From: an uncultured Chloroflexia bacterium
Lineage (GTDB): Bacteria > Chloroflexota > Anaerolineae > Anaerolineales > Villigracilaceae
Direction of reading: 5' to 3'
Length of the DNA stretch: 64,000 nt
Assembly: GCA_963806575.1 (NCBI GenBank)
Contig: CAWDYX010000020.1
Coordinates: forward strand, 14,816 to 78,815
The notes below the pieces were generated by a model, which was not told the origin of the DNA, did no database searches, and worked only from the letters and a program-made list of their open reading frames with translations. This document shows positions 39,178 through 48,100 of this stretch, one piece after another (positions within the stretch are counted from its first letter, which is position 1; each line of letters starts with the position of its first letter). A program made the translations under genes and the position numbers.

Positions 39178-39299
39178 ACATTTCTTTGTCTGAAATAGCT
39201 GACTTCTTGTCAAAAAAAAGAACCGGTTTCCTGGGAATTGCTGGATATATGAGAAAATGGGCGGTCAATAATCGGCTGCCCATGACAACAAACTTGCTC

Positions 39300-40253
39300 T
39301 TATTTTACCTGCACCAGCACTGCTCTTACGATTATGCGGTATTTGTAGGAATTGCTGGTTTCATCATAACCACGGCAGGTAACCAGCGTGACCCAGGATA
39401 GGTCTTCGTGCTTGAGCAAGGTTGCCGTAGCGTCCGGCGAGACCTGTAGCACACTCCGGACTTCGTAGACGTATTGTACGCCCCAGGCATGGACGATGAT
39501 TTCATCCCCATACCATAACCCATTCAAGTGCACGAATGGTCCCGGTCGGCCGTAGGCATCATAAACATGACCGGTCAGTACCGAGTTCCCGGAATGGGTC
39601 GGGAAAGCCGACCCATTCAGCCATCCGGCATCATTCCCCAGCCAGGATACATCCCATGTCCCATCCTCGGATTGAGGTACACCCACGATCGGCAACTCCA
39701 CACCCATCCGCGGGATCTCCAGCCAAAGGGTACCCAGGTTGGCATAGCGAATGGATGGCTGGGTCAGAAAAGTCACCCTGTTTGGGGCAAAACCAGTGCT
39801 CGGGAGGCTGACAGCCTTTGGCTTAGACCAGGTGGCACTGGCAGAGCCCACGTTTTGTTCGCCAGGATCGGTGGTGTTGCCATTCCCATTCAGATCAGAA
39901 TCAATGGTAGCCTTATTGGTTGCTGAGGTCACACCAGAGTTTAGGGAGGTTTTGAATTGAATAATAAGCTCATTCTTCGCAGCGGCTACATTCTTCGCTC
40001 CAAAATCAGGAGCGATCGATCCGGTCCACACCACCCGTCCACGAGGGTAGGTCAGGCTCGGTTTTTCGTACAGGCAGCTCGTGGTTGTTGTGAGAGTAGA
40101 CGCACCCATGCAGCTCAGACTTCCTTCCACATAGGTCGTGCCTGCCGGGATAGAATCATGGACCGCAGCATTCACCGCCACATGATTTAACCCATTGATC
40201 CAATACATTGTCCAGACCAGGTTCGGCAACCCGGATGAATCCACTACTTTCAC
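39300..40253 (-). CDS. DUF11-like beta domain, LPSTG motif and sortase catalytic domain (C-terminal part of a longer gene)
   Basis: Sortase His (LTGHVYD), Cys (VTLVTCRG) and Arg (YRIIVRAV). LPSTGF lies immediately N-terminal to the sortase fold. The frame stays open upstream to 40697 as Thr/Pro repeats with no canonical start, and is the same frame as ORF 40698..41891. Confidence 0.8.
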   Translation of the reverse strand: MKVVDSSGLPNLVWTMYWINGLNHVAVNAAVHDSIPAGTTYVEGSLSCMGASTLTTTTSCLYEKPSLTYPRGRVVWTGSIAPDFGAKNVAAAKNELIIQFKTSLNSGVTSATNKATIDSDLNGNGNTTDPGEQNVGSASATWSKPKAVSLPSTGFAPNRVTFLTQPSIRYANLGTLWLEIPRMGVELPIVGVPQSEDGTWDVSWLGNDAGWLNGSAFPTHSGNSVLTGHVYDAYGRPGPFVHLNGLWYGDEIIVHAWGVQYVYEVRSVLQVSPDATATLLKHEDLSWVTLVTCRGYDETSNSYKYRIIVRAVLVQVK

Positions 40254-40289
40254 GCCGAACGGCGGGTTGTAAAGGTGCCAGCGGGGGGT

Positions 40290-41297
40290 AATTGTCGGCG
40301 TTTGAGTGGCGGTCGAAGAGGGGGTAAAGGTCGGTCTGGGCGTCGGGGTGTAGGTTGGGGTAAGGGTGATGGTCGCGGAGGGCGTTAGGGTCAGCGAGGC
40401 CGTCGGGGTGTAGGTTGGAGTATCTGTGTCGGTCGGGGTTAACGTCGGGGTATCTGTCGGCGTATTCGTCGGCGTGGAGGTCGGAGTTGCGGTATTGGTC
40501 GGCGTGAAGGTCGGAGTATTAGTGTCCGTCGGGGTATAGGTCGGCGTGTGTATCTGTAGGCGTGTAGGTTGGAGTATCCGTGTCTGTCGGCGTGTAGGTT
40601 GGAGTATCCGTGTCTGTCGGGGTGTAGGTTGGAGTATCCGTATGCGTCGGGGTGTAGGTTGGGGTATGAGGGTAATGGTCGCGTGAGGGCGTTAGGGTCA
40701 GCGAGTGTCCGTCGGGGTGTAGGTCGGAGTATTTGTGTCGGTCGGGGTTAACGTCGGGGTATCTGTCGGCGTATTCGTCGGCGTGGAGGTCGGAGTTGCG
40801 GTATTGGTCGGCGTGAAGGTCGGAGTATTAGTGTCCGTCGGGGTGTAGGTCGGTGTATCCGTATCCGTCGGGGTGTAGGTTGGAGTATTGGTGTCGGTCG
40901 GGGTTAACGTCGGGGTATCTGTCGGCGTATTCGTCGGCGTGGAGGTCGGAGTTGCGGTATTGGTCGGCGTGAAGGTTGGAGTATCCGTGCCTGTCGGCGT
41001 GTAGGTTGGTGTATCCGTATCCGTCGGCGTATAGGTCGGAGTATTGGTGTCGGTCGGGGTTAACGTCGGGGTATCTGTCGGCGTATTCGTCGGCGTGGAG
41101 GTCGGAGTTGCGGTATTGGTCGGCGTGAAGGTCGGAGTATTAGTGTCCGTCGGGGTGTAGGTGGTGTACGTTGGCGTGAAGGTCGGAGTATCCGTGTCCG
41201 TTGGAGTGTGGGTCGGTGTATCCGTCGGCGTAAAGGTCGGAGTATCTGTGTGCGTCGGGGTATAGGTCGGGGTTTCCGTGTTCGTCGGAGTTGCAGT
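40290..41297 (-). repeat. tandem 156-bp (52-codon) coding repeats encoding a (T-P-T-x) linker
   Basis: The block GTCGGGGTTAACGTCGGGGTATCTGTCGGCGTATTCGTCGGCGTGGAGG recurs at 40431, 40741, 40897 and 41053. The last three are spaced 156 nt apart. 30-nt sub-repeats lie at 40560-40650. Confidence 0.9.
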
Positions 41298-41891
41298 GGG
41301 TAAAGTCGTGTCTTGCACCCACAGCCAGTATTCATGACAATCGCGAATGGAATGTCCGTAAAGGGGTCCCCATTGGGTCTCCTCAACATAATACCAGCCA
41401 TCGGCAGGGGCAGTCCATGTAATCAAACTATCCCGGTAGAAGTAATACCCCATGTACCAGGTAGTCCACCCCACATCATCATCGAAAGCTAACTGCGTAA
41501 CGCCATCCGGGGCATAGAGGTAGAGGTATGTGTCATTGGCGGCAACATCACCTGAATTGATGTCATTTATCAGCTGAGTCCTGATCTCATAATCATCGCC
41601 ACTGAATGCATAAAACGTTACCCAGTCCTGCTCGCTTGGAGGATTCGTGTTTATATGAAATTGGCGTGTACCATCGGTGGGGACAATACTAGCTTGCAGG
41701 TAGGTGTTATCAGGTTCGTAACTATCATTTTCACATAAAGGAGGTGGTTGGTCTCTCGACGCCGCCAAGACAGGCCGGGTCTGGGCAGCAAAGGTAAGCA
41801 CCAGGATCAACGCCACAATTCGCCCCATAAGCAAAAATAGTTTGCCTGGTTGATCTTTAGGCTTCTTTATATGCATGTCTCTTTCCACCAA
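40698..41891 (-). CDS. secreted protein: signal peptide, PPC (pre-peptidase C-terminal)-like domain and long Thr/Pro repeat linker (N-terminal part of the longer gene)
   Basis: Signal/anchor [23 protein letters not shown]-like block [11 protein letters not shown]...[17 protein letters not shown]...[14 protein letters not shown] repeats then run to TGA at 40698-40700. Confidence 0.8.
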   Translation of the reverse strand: MVERDMHIKKPKDQPGKLFLLMGRIVALILVLTFAAQTRPVLAASRDQPPPLCENDSYEPDNTYLQASIVPTDGTRQFHINTNPPSEQDWVTFYAFSGDDYEIRTQLINDINSGDVAANDTYLYLYAPDGVTQLAFDDDVGWTTWYMGYYFYRDSLITWTAPADGWYYVEETQWGPLYGHSIRDCHEYWLWVQDTTLPTATPTNTETPTYTPTHTDTPTFTPTDTPTHTPTDTDTPTFTPTYTTYTPTDTNTPTFTPTNTATPTSTPTNTPTDTPTLTPTDTNTPTYTPTDTDTPTYTPTGTDTPTFTPTNTATPTSTPTNTPTDTPTLTPTDTNTPTYTPTDTDTPTYTPTDTNTPTFTPTNTATPTSTPTNTPTDTPTLTPTDTNTPTYTPTDTR

Positions 41892-42222
41892 ACACCTTCC
41901 AGGTTACGGGGAGGACGGCCCAGACACAAAAGAGACAATGTGATTAATCCCTTTTCAAATTTAAAATAGGAAAAAGGGCAAGAATACCGTCAGCGTCCCG
42001 CAAATCTGGCTCGACTCAATAATAACCTAAAGAAATCACTTCCTTTTTGGACCAATGGTAATTCGGCTCTGCGGGGATAAGAACAATAACAAAAAAAAGT
42101 ACCTTTTACGGTAAAAAGGTTGTAATAATTATTTGCCTATATGATTATATTCTAATATTGTCTAATGTATATAAATAAATTGATTCCTTTTCTTCTGGAT
42201 AACATGAGGAGACCAAACGCGG

Positions 42223-42251
42223 TTGACATCCCCCGATACATCGGGTATCCT
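42223..42251 (+). promoter_or_regulatory. sigma-70-type promoter of the SRP RNA gene
   Basis: TTGACA (42223-42228), a 17-nt spacer and TATCCT (42246-42251). Confidence 0.7.
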
Positions 42252-42257
42252 CACCGC

Positions 42258-42366
42258 CGTCCGGGTGGGTCCGGCGCGGCGGAGCCCTGCGAATCCCGTC
42301 AGGTCCGAAAGGAAGCAGCGGTAAGAAGGTGTCTCCGGGTGCCGCCGGGTCTCCTGCCCGGACATT
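42258..42366 (+). ncRNA. ffs: signal recognition particle RNA (small, 4.5S type)
   Basis: Conserved domain IV GTCAGGTCCGAAAGGAAGCAGC with a GAAA tetraloop. The 5' GTCCGGG pairs with the 3' CCCGGAC. The ends are approximate. Confidence 0.85.
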
Positions 42367-42435
42367 TTATTTAATGTCATCACAAGTTCGCTGATATAAT
42401 ACCCCCCATCATTATCCTATTTCAGGAGTTCGTGT

Positions 42436-43857
42436 ATGGCCTTCAAAATCACCTTTGGTACCGATGGCTGGCGCGGTGTCATTGCCGAGGATTACACCTT
42501 CGATAACGTCCGTCGCTGCACTCAGGGTTTCGCCAATTACCTGGTCGAAAAAGGCCGGCAGGGTCAATGGGTGGTGGTTGGGCATGATAAACGTTTCGAT
42601 AGTGAGTTCTTTGCCGCGGCGGTAGCCGAAGTGCTGGTCGGCAACGGGCTGAAAGTGTACCTGACGAATGGAGCCACTCCCACCCCGGTGATTGCCTTCT
42701 CTGTGGTGGACAAAAAGGCCGGTGGAGCGGTCAACATCACCGCCTCGCATAACCCCGGCACCGACAACGGTTTCAAGGTCCGCAACGAGTTCGGTGGCGC
42801 CATCGACCCGGATGGGCTGCTGAAGATCGAGGCGCTCATTCCCGCTTCCGTGGCAGCGGTGAAACGGAAAGCTTATAAAAACGCCCAGGCGGCCGGAGAG
42901 ATAGTCATGTTTGACCCGGTTAAGCCCTACGAAGCCCATATCAACAAGCTGATCGACCTGCAGCCCATCCAGCAGGCCGGCCTGACCGTGCTGGTGGATT
43001 GCATGTGGGGCAATGGTGCAGGTTATTTCCCGCGCCTGCTGGCCGGCGGCAAGACCAAAGTAATCGAGATCCATAACCAGCGCAACCCGCTCTTTCCCGA
43101 AATGATCCGCCCCGAACCCATCCCTCCCAACATCAACGTTGGCCTGCAGGCCACCCTCGAAAACCATGCCGATGTGCTGCTCATCACCGATGGCGATGCC
43201 GACCGTGTGGGCGTGGGCGATGAGAACGGGCAGTTTGTCAACCAGCTGCGCGTCTACGGTTTGCTGGCATACTACCTGCTGGAGGTCCGCGGGCTGCGCG
43301 GTGCCATTGTCAAGACCCTCTCCACCACCGGCATGCTCAACAAACTTGGGCAGATCTACAACGTCCCGGTCTATGAAACCGGTGTGGGCTTCAAATATGT
43401 GGCTCCCAAGATGCTCGAGACGGATGCTCTGATCGGCGGCGAGGAAAGCGGCGGCTACGCTTTCCGCGGTAATGTGCCTGAACGTGATGGCATCCTGGCC
43501 GGGTTGTACATCCTCGACCTGATGGTACGGCTCGGCAAGCAGCCTTCGGAACTGCTCAAGTTGCTCTTCGCCAGGGTGGGAGGCGAGTACTTCTACGACC
43601 GCATCGACCGCCCCTTCAGCGGCAGCCACGCTGACCGTAAAAAGATGATCCTGGACGCAAACCCGCAGACCATCGGCGGCTTGAAAGTGGTCCAACTCGT
43701 CACGGTGGACGGCTTCCAGTTCAAACTCGAAGATGGCGGTTGGATGCTCATCCGCTTTTCTGGTACCGAACCCATCATGCGTGTCTATTGCGAGACGATG
43801 CACGCTGATAAAGTGCAGGCCATCCTGCAGGACGGTTTGAAGATCGCCGGCCTTTAA
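42436..43857 (+). CDS. alpha-D-phosphohexomutase family (phosphoglucomutase/phosphomannomutase)
   Basis: FGTDGWRG, the active-site Ser loop [14 protein letters not shown], the metal loop TDGDADR and GGEESGG. Confidence 0.9.
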   Translation: MAFKITFGTDGWRGVIAEDYTFDNVRRCTQGFANYLVEKGRQGQWVVVGHDKRFDSEFFAAAVAEVLVGNGLKVYLTNGATPTPVIAFSVVDKKAGGAVNITASHNPGTDNGFKVRNEFGGAIDPDGLLKIEALIPASVAAVKRKAYKNAQAAGEIVMFDPVKPYEAHINKLIDLQPIQQAGLTVLVDCMWGNGAGYFPRLLAGGKTKVIEIHNQRNPLFPEMIRPEPIPPNINVGLQATLENHADVLLITDGDADRVGVGDENGQFVNQLRVYGLLAYYLLEVRGLRGAIVKTLSTTGMLNKLGQIYNVPVYETGVGFKYVAPKMLETDALIGGEESGGYAFRGNVPERDGILAGLYILDLMVRLGKQPSELLKLLFARVGGEYFYDRIDRPFSGSHADRKKMILDANPQTIGGLKVVQLVTVDGFQFKLEDGGWMLIRFSGTEPIMRVYCETMHADKVQAILQDGLKIAGL

Positions 43858-43930
43858 TAGACTAGTGTCAAGGGTTCCGGTGTCAGGTGTCAACAAACAC
43901 TGGCACACTTGATACGGGACAACGGGATAC

Positions 43931-44788
43931 GTGACCCTTACAGACACCCATTGCCATTTGGACATGGACAAATTCGACTCCGACCGGGAAGCCGTGCTGG
44001 AACGTTCTGCCCAGGCCGGTGTGGTCCGCATTTTGATCCCGGGACTCAACCTCGCCTCCAGCCGGACCGTCCTCAAACTGGCCGGAAGCCATCCCATGCT
44101 CTTCGCGGCGGTTGGTGTCCATCCCACCGAGGCAGGCACTTGGACAAAAGAAACCAGGGATGAACTGAGAAACCTCTTCAAGCCCTCAGGCACGTCAGAA
44201 ACCTCAGGTTCGTCAAGAATCGTCGCCATCGGCGAAATCGGGCTGGATTATTACTGGGACTCCGCGCCTCACGATCTCCAGAAAACCGTCCTGCAGATGC
44301 AGCTGACTCTGGCGGCTGAAGCTGGTTTTCCGGTCATTCTGCATATGCGCGAAGCCAGGGATGAACCGAACGGGAATTGCGCCGGAGATCTTCTGCAAAT
44401 CCTGGAGGAATGGTGCTCAGGACTGCGCGCTGCGAAGAGTCCGCTGGCAGAGCGACCCGGTGTACTGCACTCCTTTTCCGGGACTCTGGAATCGGCGCAG
44501 GCCGCGCTGAGTCTCGGATTCTACCTCGGGGTGAGCGGCCCCGTCACCTTCGAGAACGCCGCCAGCCGACAGGAAATCGCCGCGGCGTTACCTCTGGATC
44601 GTGTTCTACTTGAAACGGATGCCCCCTTCCAGGCTCCCCAACCGCATCGCGGAAAACGCAACGAACCGGCCTATGTTCGCCTGATTGCTGATAAAATTGC
44701 CTTGCTCCATTCATGCAGCTTGGAGCGGGTCGCCGCAGTCACCAGCGGGAATGCCCGCAGGCTTTTTGGTTGGAAAGAGACAGCTTGA
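43931..44788 (+). CDS. tatD: TatD-family metal-dependent hydrolase
   Basis: LTDTHCHLD at the N-terminus, then GEIGLDY, HMRE, VLHSFSG and ETDAP. Confidence 0.85.
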   Translation: MTLTDTHCHLDMDKFDSDREAVLERSAQAGVVRILIPGLNLASSRTVLKLAGSHPMLFAAVGVHPTEAGTWTKETRDELRNLFKPSGTSETSGSSRIVAIGEIGLDYYWDSAPHDLQKTVLQMQLTLAAEAGFPVILHMREARDEPNGNCAGDLLQILEEWCSGLRAAKSPLAERPGVLHSFSGTLESAQAALSLGFYLGVSGPVTFENAASRQEIAAALPLDRVLLETDAPFQAPQPHRGKRNEPAYVRLIADKIALLHSCSLERVAAVTSGNARRLFGWKETA

Positions 44789-45750
44789 ACACAGCCCCTA
44801 TTTTTGCACCCGTTCAGGTCAACCTGCAGGAAGTCGAAACGCTCCTGCATTCCCAGGCCGAGGATGCCCATCCGGAATTGCGAACCGCGCTGGAGCATTT
44901 GCTCTCTTCCGGAGGGAAGCGCATCCGCCCGGCGGTCGGCCTGTTGACCGGTCAAATGCTTGGGGCGCCCCATGATAAACTCCTGACCCTGGCGGCCTCG
45001 GTGGAGATGCTGCACACCGCCACCCTTGTCCATGATGATTTGATTGATGGGGCGTTGCTTCGGCGGGGTATGCCGACCCTGAACGCTCATTGGTCACCCG
45101 CCGCCACCATCCTGACCGGGGACTATATGTTCGCGCGCGCTGCCAAACTGGCAGCCGAGTCGGATAATTTGTTATTAATGAAACTCTTCGCCGATACGCT
45201 GGCAACCATCGTCAATGGCGAACTGACCCAATTATTTGCCGCCCGCGGGGTGATCAGCCGCGCGAATTACAACAAACGCATTTACGCCAAAACCGCTTCG
45301 CTCTTCGAACTGACCACGCAGGCCGCTGCAATCATCAGTCCGGTTGATGAGGCCATGGTGGAAACCATGCGGCAATACGGTTACCATCTGGGGATGGCTT
45401 TCCAGATTGTGGATGACATCCTGGATTTCACCGGGGAGCAGGAAACAGTCGGCAAGCCGGTCGGCTCGGACCTGTTGCAGGGCCTGGTGACGCTCCCGGC
45501 CATTCTTTATGCGGAAGCTCATCCCTACGACCCGGATGTGCTGTGTCTCACGGGTGGTTGCTACACAGAGCACGAACGCATGGAACGGTTGGTACAATCC
45601 ATCCGGGAAAGCGATGCGGCCACGCAATCCATGAAAGAAGCGCAAGCTTTCATACAAAGGGCGCTGGAAATCCTGCGGACGGTGCCGGCAGGGCAGGAGC
45701 GGCAGGCTCTGGAAGACTTGACCGGTTACATCGTAAACCGGAGTATTTAA
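44785..45750 (+). CDS. trans-polyprenyl diphosphate synthase
   Basis: First DDxxD (LVHDDLID) and second DDxxD (QIVDDILD). I placed the start at TTG 44785, overlapping the tatD stop; the ORF track starts at 44713. Confidence 0.85.
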   Translation: MNTAPIFAPVQVNLQEVETLLHSQAEDAHPELRTALEHLLSSGGKRIRPAVGLLTGQMLGAPHDKLLTLAASVEMLHTATLVHDDLIDGALLRRGMPTLNAHWSPAATILTGDYMFARAAKLAAESDNLLLMKLFADTLATIVNGELTQLFAARGVISRANYNKRIYAKTASLFELTTQAAAIISPVDEAMVETMRQYGYHLGMAFQIVDDILDFTGEQETVGKPVGSDLLQGLVTLPAILYAEAHPYDPDVLCLTGGCYTEHERMERLVQSIRESDAATQSMKEAQAFIQRALEILRTVPAGQERQALEDLTGYIVNRSI

Positions 45751-45755
45751 CATCG

Positions 45756-46176
45756 ATGCCACCCTACTCCCTTCGCCGCTTGTTGTGGGGCGGCCCAGTC
45801 GCGACGGTTGCTGCAATTACTGGCAAATCTGTTGTATTTTGCAGTTACAAAGGCTCTCGGTGAGCGATATATTCTGCCGCTCGACGGGGACAGTTCCCGT
45901 TTCAGCCCAATGCCTGTCGCAATGCCTGTAATAGCCATCCTGGTCGCGGGTCTCCTGGCGACTGTTTTCTTTGGTCTGCTTATCCGCTTCAACCGCAAAC
46001 CGGCAACCGTTTTCCTGTCGGTAGCCGTGGCTGCCCTCATCCTCTCTTTTGGGGGACCCTTCAACCTGCCGGCTGCATCCTTGATAACAAAGCTCCTCTT
46101 GTGTGGAATGAATATCATTGCTGCAGTGATTATCACAGTTGGAATATTGCTCATGAGCCATAGAAACGCCACATGA
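45756..46176 (+). CDS. DUF6069-like small membrane protein; N-terminus in a different frame
   Basis: ATG 45756 gives MPPYSLRRLLWGGPVATVAA in one frame. ORF 45808..46176 continues as LLANLLYFAVTKALG... plus 3 TM helices. This implies an indel at about 45800-45815. Confidence 0.55.
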
Positions 46177-46189
46177 GTCATAAAGAACG

Positions 46190-46232
46190 AAAAAAAGAGT
46201 GAGTGGCGCAATGCGCCGCTCACTCTTTTTTT
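46190..46232. terminator. bidirectional intrinsic terminator
   Basis: A7, GAGTGAGTGGCGC, loop aat, GCGCCGCTCACTC, then T7. Confidence 0.8.
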
Positions 46233-46244
46233 GATATAAATTAC

Positions 46245-46627
46245 AAGAGGCGTCGATGGGATTTGCGTAGTCCCGCACAGCGGGAAACCCATGATGGCAG
46301 GGATCAGAAGCACAATCACCAAATCAAAACGAGCCTTTACAAACTCGTTTTATAAGAGGCGTCGATGGGATTTGCGCAGTCCCGCGCAGCGGGAAAGTCC
46401 CACGCAGTGGGAAAGTCCCGCACAGCGGGAAACCCACGTTGGCAGGGATCAGGAGCATAACCATCAAATCAAAACGAGCCCTTACAGACTCGTTTTTAAG
46501 AGGCGTCGATGGGATTTGCGCAGTCCCGCGCAGCGGGAAAGTCCCACGCAGTGGGAAACCCATGTTGGCAGGGATCAGAAGCACAATCACCAAATCAAAA
46601 CGAGCCTTTACAAACTCGTTTTTTAAG
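46245..46627 (-). repeat. three tandem pseudo-copies (109, 144 and 127 bp) of the tRNA-Cys 3' end plus its terminator hairpin
   Basis: Each unit (minus strand) ends in AAATCCCATCGACGCCTCTT, identical to the tRNA-Cys T-loop/acceptor 3' end plus trailer. It is followed by AAAAACGAG..CTCGTTTT. Units begin at 46245, 46354 and 46498, and the true tRNA follows at 46625. Confidence 0.9.
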
Positions 46628-46699
46628 AGGCGTCGATGGGATTTGAACCCATGATGAGGGTTTTGCAGACCCTTGCCTTAGCCACTTGGCCACGACGCC
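46628..46699 (-). tRNA. tRNA-Cys (GCA)
   Basis: Acceptor GGCGTCG/CGACGCC, anticodon stem AGGGT/ACCCT with loop CTGCAAA, and T-arm ATGGG-TTCAAAT-CCCAT. CCA is not encoded. Confidence 0.95.
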
Positions 46700-46778
46700 A
46701 TTCTTCATTTGCTGATTGAAAATTACGGATTGCTGATTGACCGTCTGCAACCATCAATCTGCAATCCGCAATCGTCAG

Positions 46779-46851
<73 letters not shown>

Positions 46852-46875
46852 GGAGGCCCCTACTTTCAGGCCGAG

Positions 46876-46948
46876 TGCCGAGAGCCAGGATCGGACTGGC
46901 GACACCGCAATTTTCAGTCGCGTGCTCTACCAACTGAGCTATCTCGGC
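46876..46948 (-). tRNA. tRNA-Phe (GAA)
   Basis: Acceptor GCCGAGA/TCTCGGC, D-arm GCTC-AGTTGGTA-GAGC, anticodon loop CTGAAAA and T-arm GCCAG-TCCGATC-CTGGC. Confidence 0.95.
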
Positions 46949-46978
46949 CTGGACACGAACTGTTTTTGAAGCGGGAGG

Positions 46979-47007
46979 ATTTTACACGCAGAGAGGGAGA
47001 TTGTCAA
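46979..47007 (-). promoter_or_regulatory. sigma-70-type promoter of the tRNA Phe-Gly-Cys operon
   Basis: On the minus strand: TTGACA (47007-47002), a 17-nt spacer and TAAAAT (46984-46979), about 25 nt upstream of tRNA-Phe. Confidence 0.7.
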
Positions 47008-47114
47008 GCAAAGGTCCAAAATGTTTACAGGGATTTTACATCCGGTTCATCTGCCGGTTACTTGAAGAATCTAAAATGCAGGTTACAAATCGAAATCAAA
47101 AAGGAGATGACACG

Positions 47115-47660
47115 ATGTTCAAAATGAAGTCTTTGATCAAGAAGATCGCCCTGGCTGCCCTGGTACTGGTAATCGGTTTGACTCCCTACCCGATATCCGG
47201 CGCATCGGCTGCCGGTATGAATGACCAGGCCAATCCCCAGCCGGATAACTCCCGGCTGGAAAACCTGTGGGCAAGCGAGCAGTCCCGTTATAAGCTCCAA
47301 GGTGACCGGATTTCAAATGCCGGCGATTTTATCGCCTGGGTGCAGACTCTGATCAATCGGACCAATTCCAAAGGCTGGGATACGTCCTCCGTCCAAGCCG
47401 CCCTCAATGCTCTCAGCGCCGTCATCCCGGCCGTCCAGGCTGCCCATGCTCCCGGATCCGCCATCCTCGCCAGTCACACCGGTTTCAATGCCAATGGCAA
47501 GGTCACCGACCGCATCACCGCCATTGCCACGGCCAAGTCCCTCGCCCGGGTTCTCAAGAACACCCGCACTGCGATGAACGGCACCGGCATGGCTTTACTC
47601 GCTGCGATCAGGGTCTTCCGGGATGCCCATCCTCGCTCAACCACCATACCTGTCCGCTAG
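47115..47660 (+). CDS. hypothetical secreted protein
   Basis: AAGGAG lies upstream of ATG 47115. Signal peptide MFKMKSLIKKIALAALVLVIGLTPYPISGASAAG. The mature part is helical and Ala-rich. Confidence 0.6.
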   Translation: MFKMKSLIKKIALAALVLVIGLTPYPISGASAAGMNDQANPQPDNSRLENLWASEQSRYKLQGDRISNAGDFIAWVQTLINRTNSKGWDTSSVQAALNALSAVIPAVQAAHAPGSAILASHTGFNANGKVTDRITAIATAKSLARVLKNTRTAMNGTGMALLAAIRVFRDAHPRSTTIPVR

Positions 47661-47782
47661 GCAGGTTCTCTCCCTCCAGCATAATTAACTCCGACTCTAA
47701 GCTTTGGGGTGAATATTATCGCCAAGTGATCTTTACCAATCCCCCAACCCCCTTTCCGAGTGCAGGCAGGGGTGCTGGATTC

Positions 47783-47832
47783 GAAGAAAAGGGTGCGGGC
47801 GGCGCAAAGCGCCTGCTCGCACCCTTTTCTTC
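47783..47832. terminator. long perfect-armed hairpin (possible terminator or palindromic element)
   Basis: GAAGAAAAGGGTGCG ... CGCACCCTTTTCTTC (15-bp arms) enclosing a second GGCGC/GCGCC stem. Confidence 0.45.
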
Positions 47833-48100
47833 GATTAAACTCCCCTCCACCGAATTGGTGGATCGCGAAGCATGCCCGAAGGGCTGGGCAGGGGTGGGGG
47901 CAATTCCTTGGAAACCACTTGGAATAAATAAATTTGGGGTCCATCATGCCTTTTGCAGTACAATCAAGAATTCCTTAACACAAAGTCGCTAAGTCACGAA
48001 TTCCAAGGTTCTTTATCCTCAGAGTTCGTGTCTTCGTGCCTTGGCGGTAAATTTTCCCAGCAAAACTGATGAACCATAAAACCAAAAACATGAGGCAGAC

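Noticed and set aside
40290-41297. Non-coding satellite or CRISPR-like repeat
   Set aside because: The 156-bp periodicity is in frame and encodes a Thr/Pro linker continuous with the flanking protein domains.
39178-42223. Integrase, transposase or other mobility gene inside the ffs-flanked insertion
   Set aside because: All six frames contain only the sortase-fusion gene. The remaining ORFs are short shadows over the repeats, so no mobility gene can be claimed.
42412-44229. 605-aa ORF on the minus strand
   Set aside because: It is antisense to the well-supported phosphohexomutase and tatD genes. It has no recognisable motifs and an Arg/Gly/His-rich shadow composition typical of high-GC antisense frames.
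46291-46626. 111-aa and 89-aa ORFs across the tRNA-Cys-proximal repeats
   Set aside because: The open frames are a by-product of the tandem DNA repeats, as shown by the internally repeated RRRWDLRSPAQRESPTQWE peptides. The units contain terminator hairpins and tRNA 3'-end sequence.
46245-46627. Possible CRISPR array
   Set aside because: There is no alternation of a constant short repeat with unique spacers. Whole 109-144-bp units are repeated, including their 'spacers'. No cas genes are in the window.
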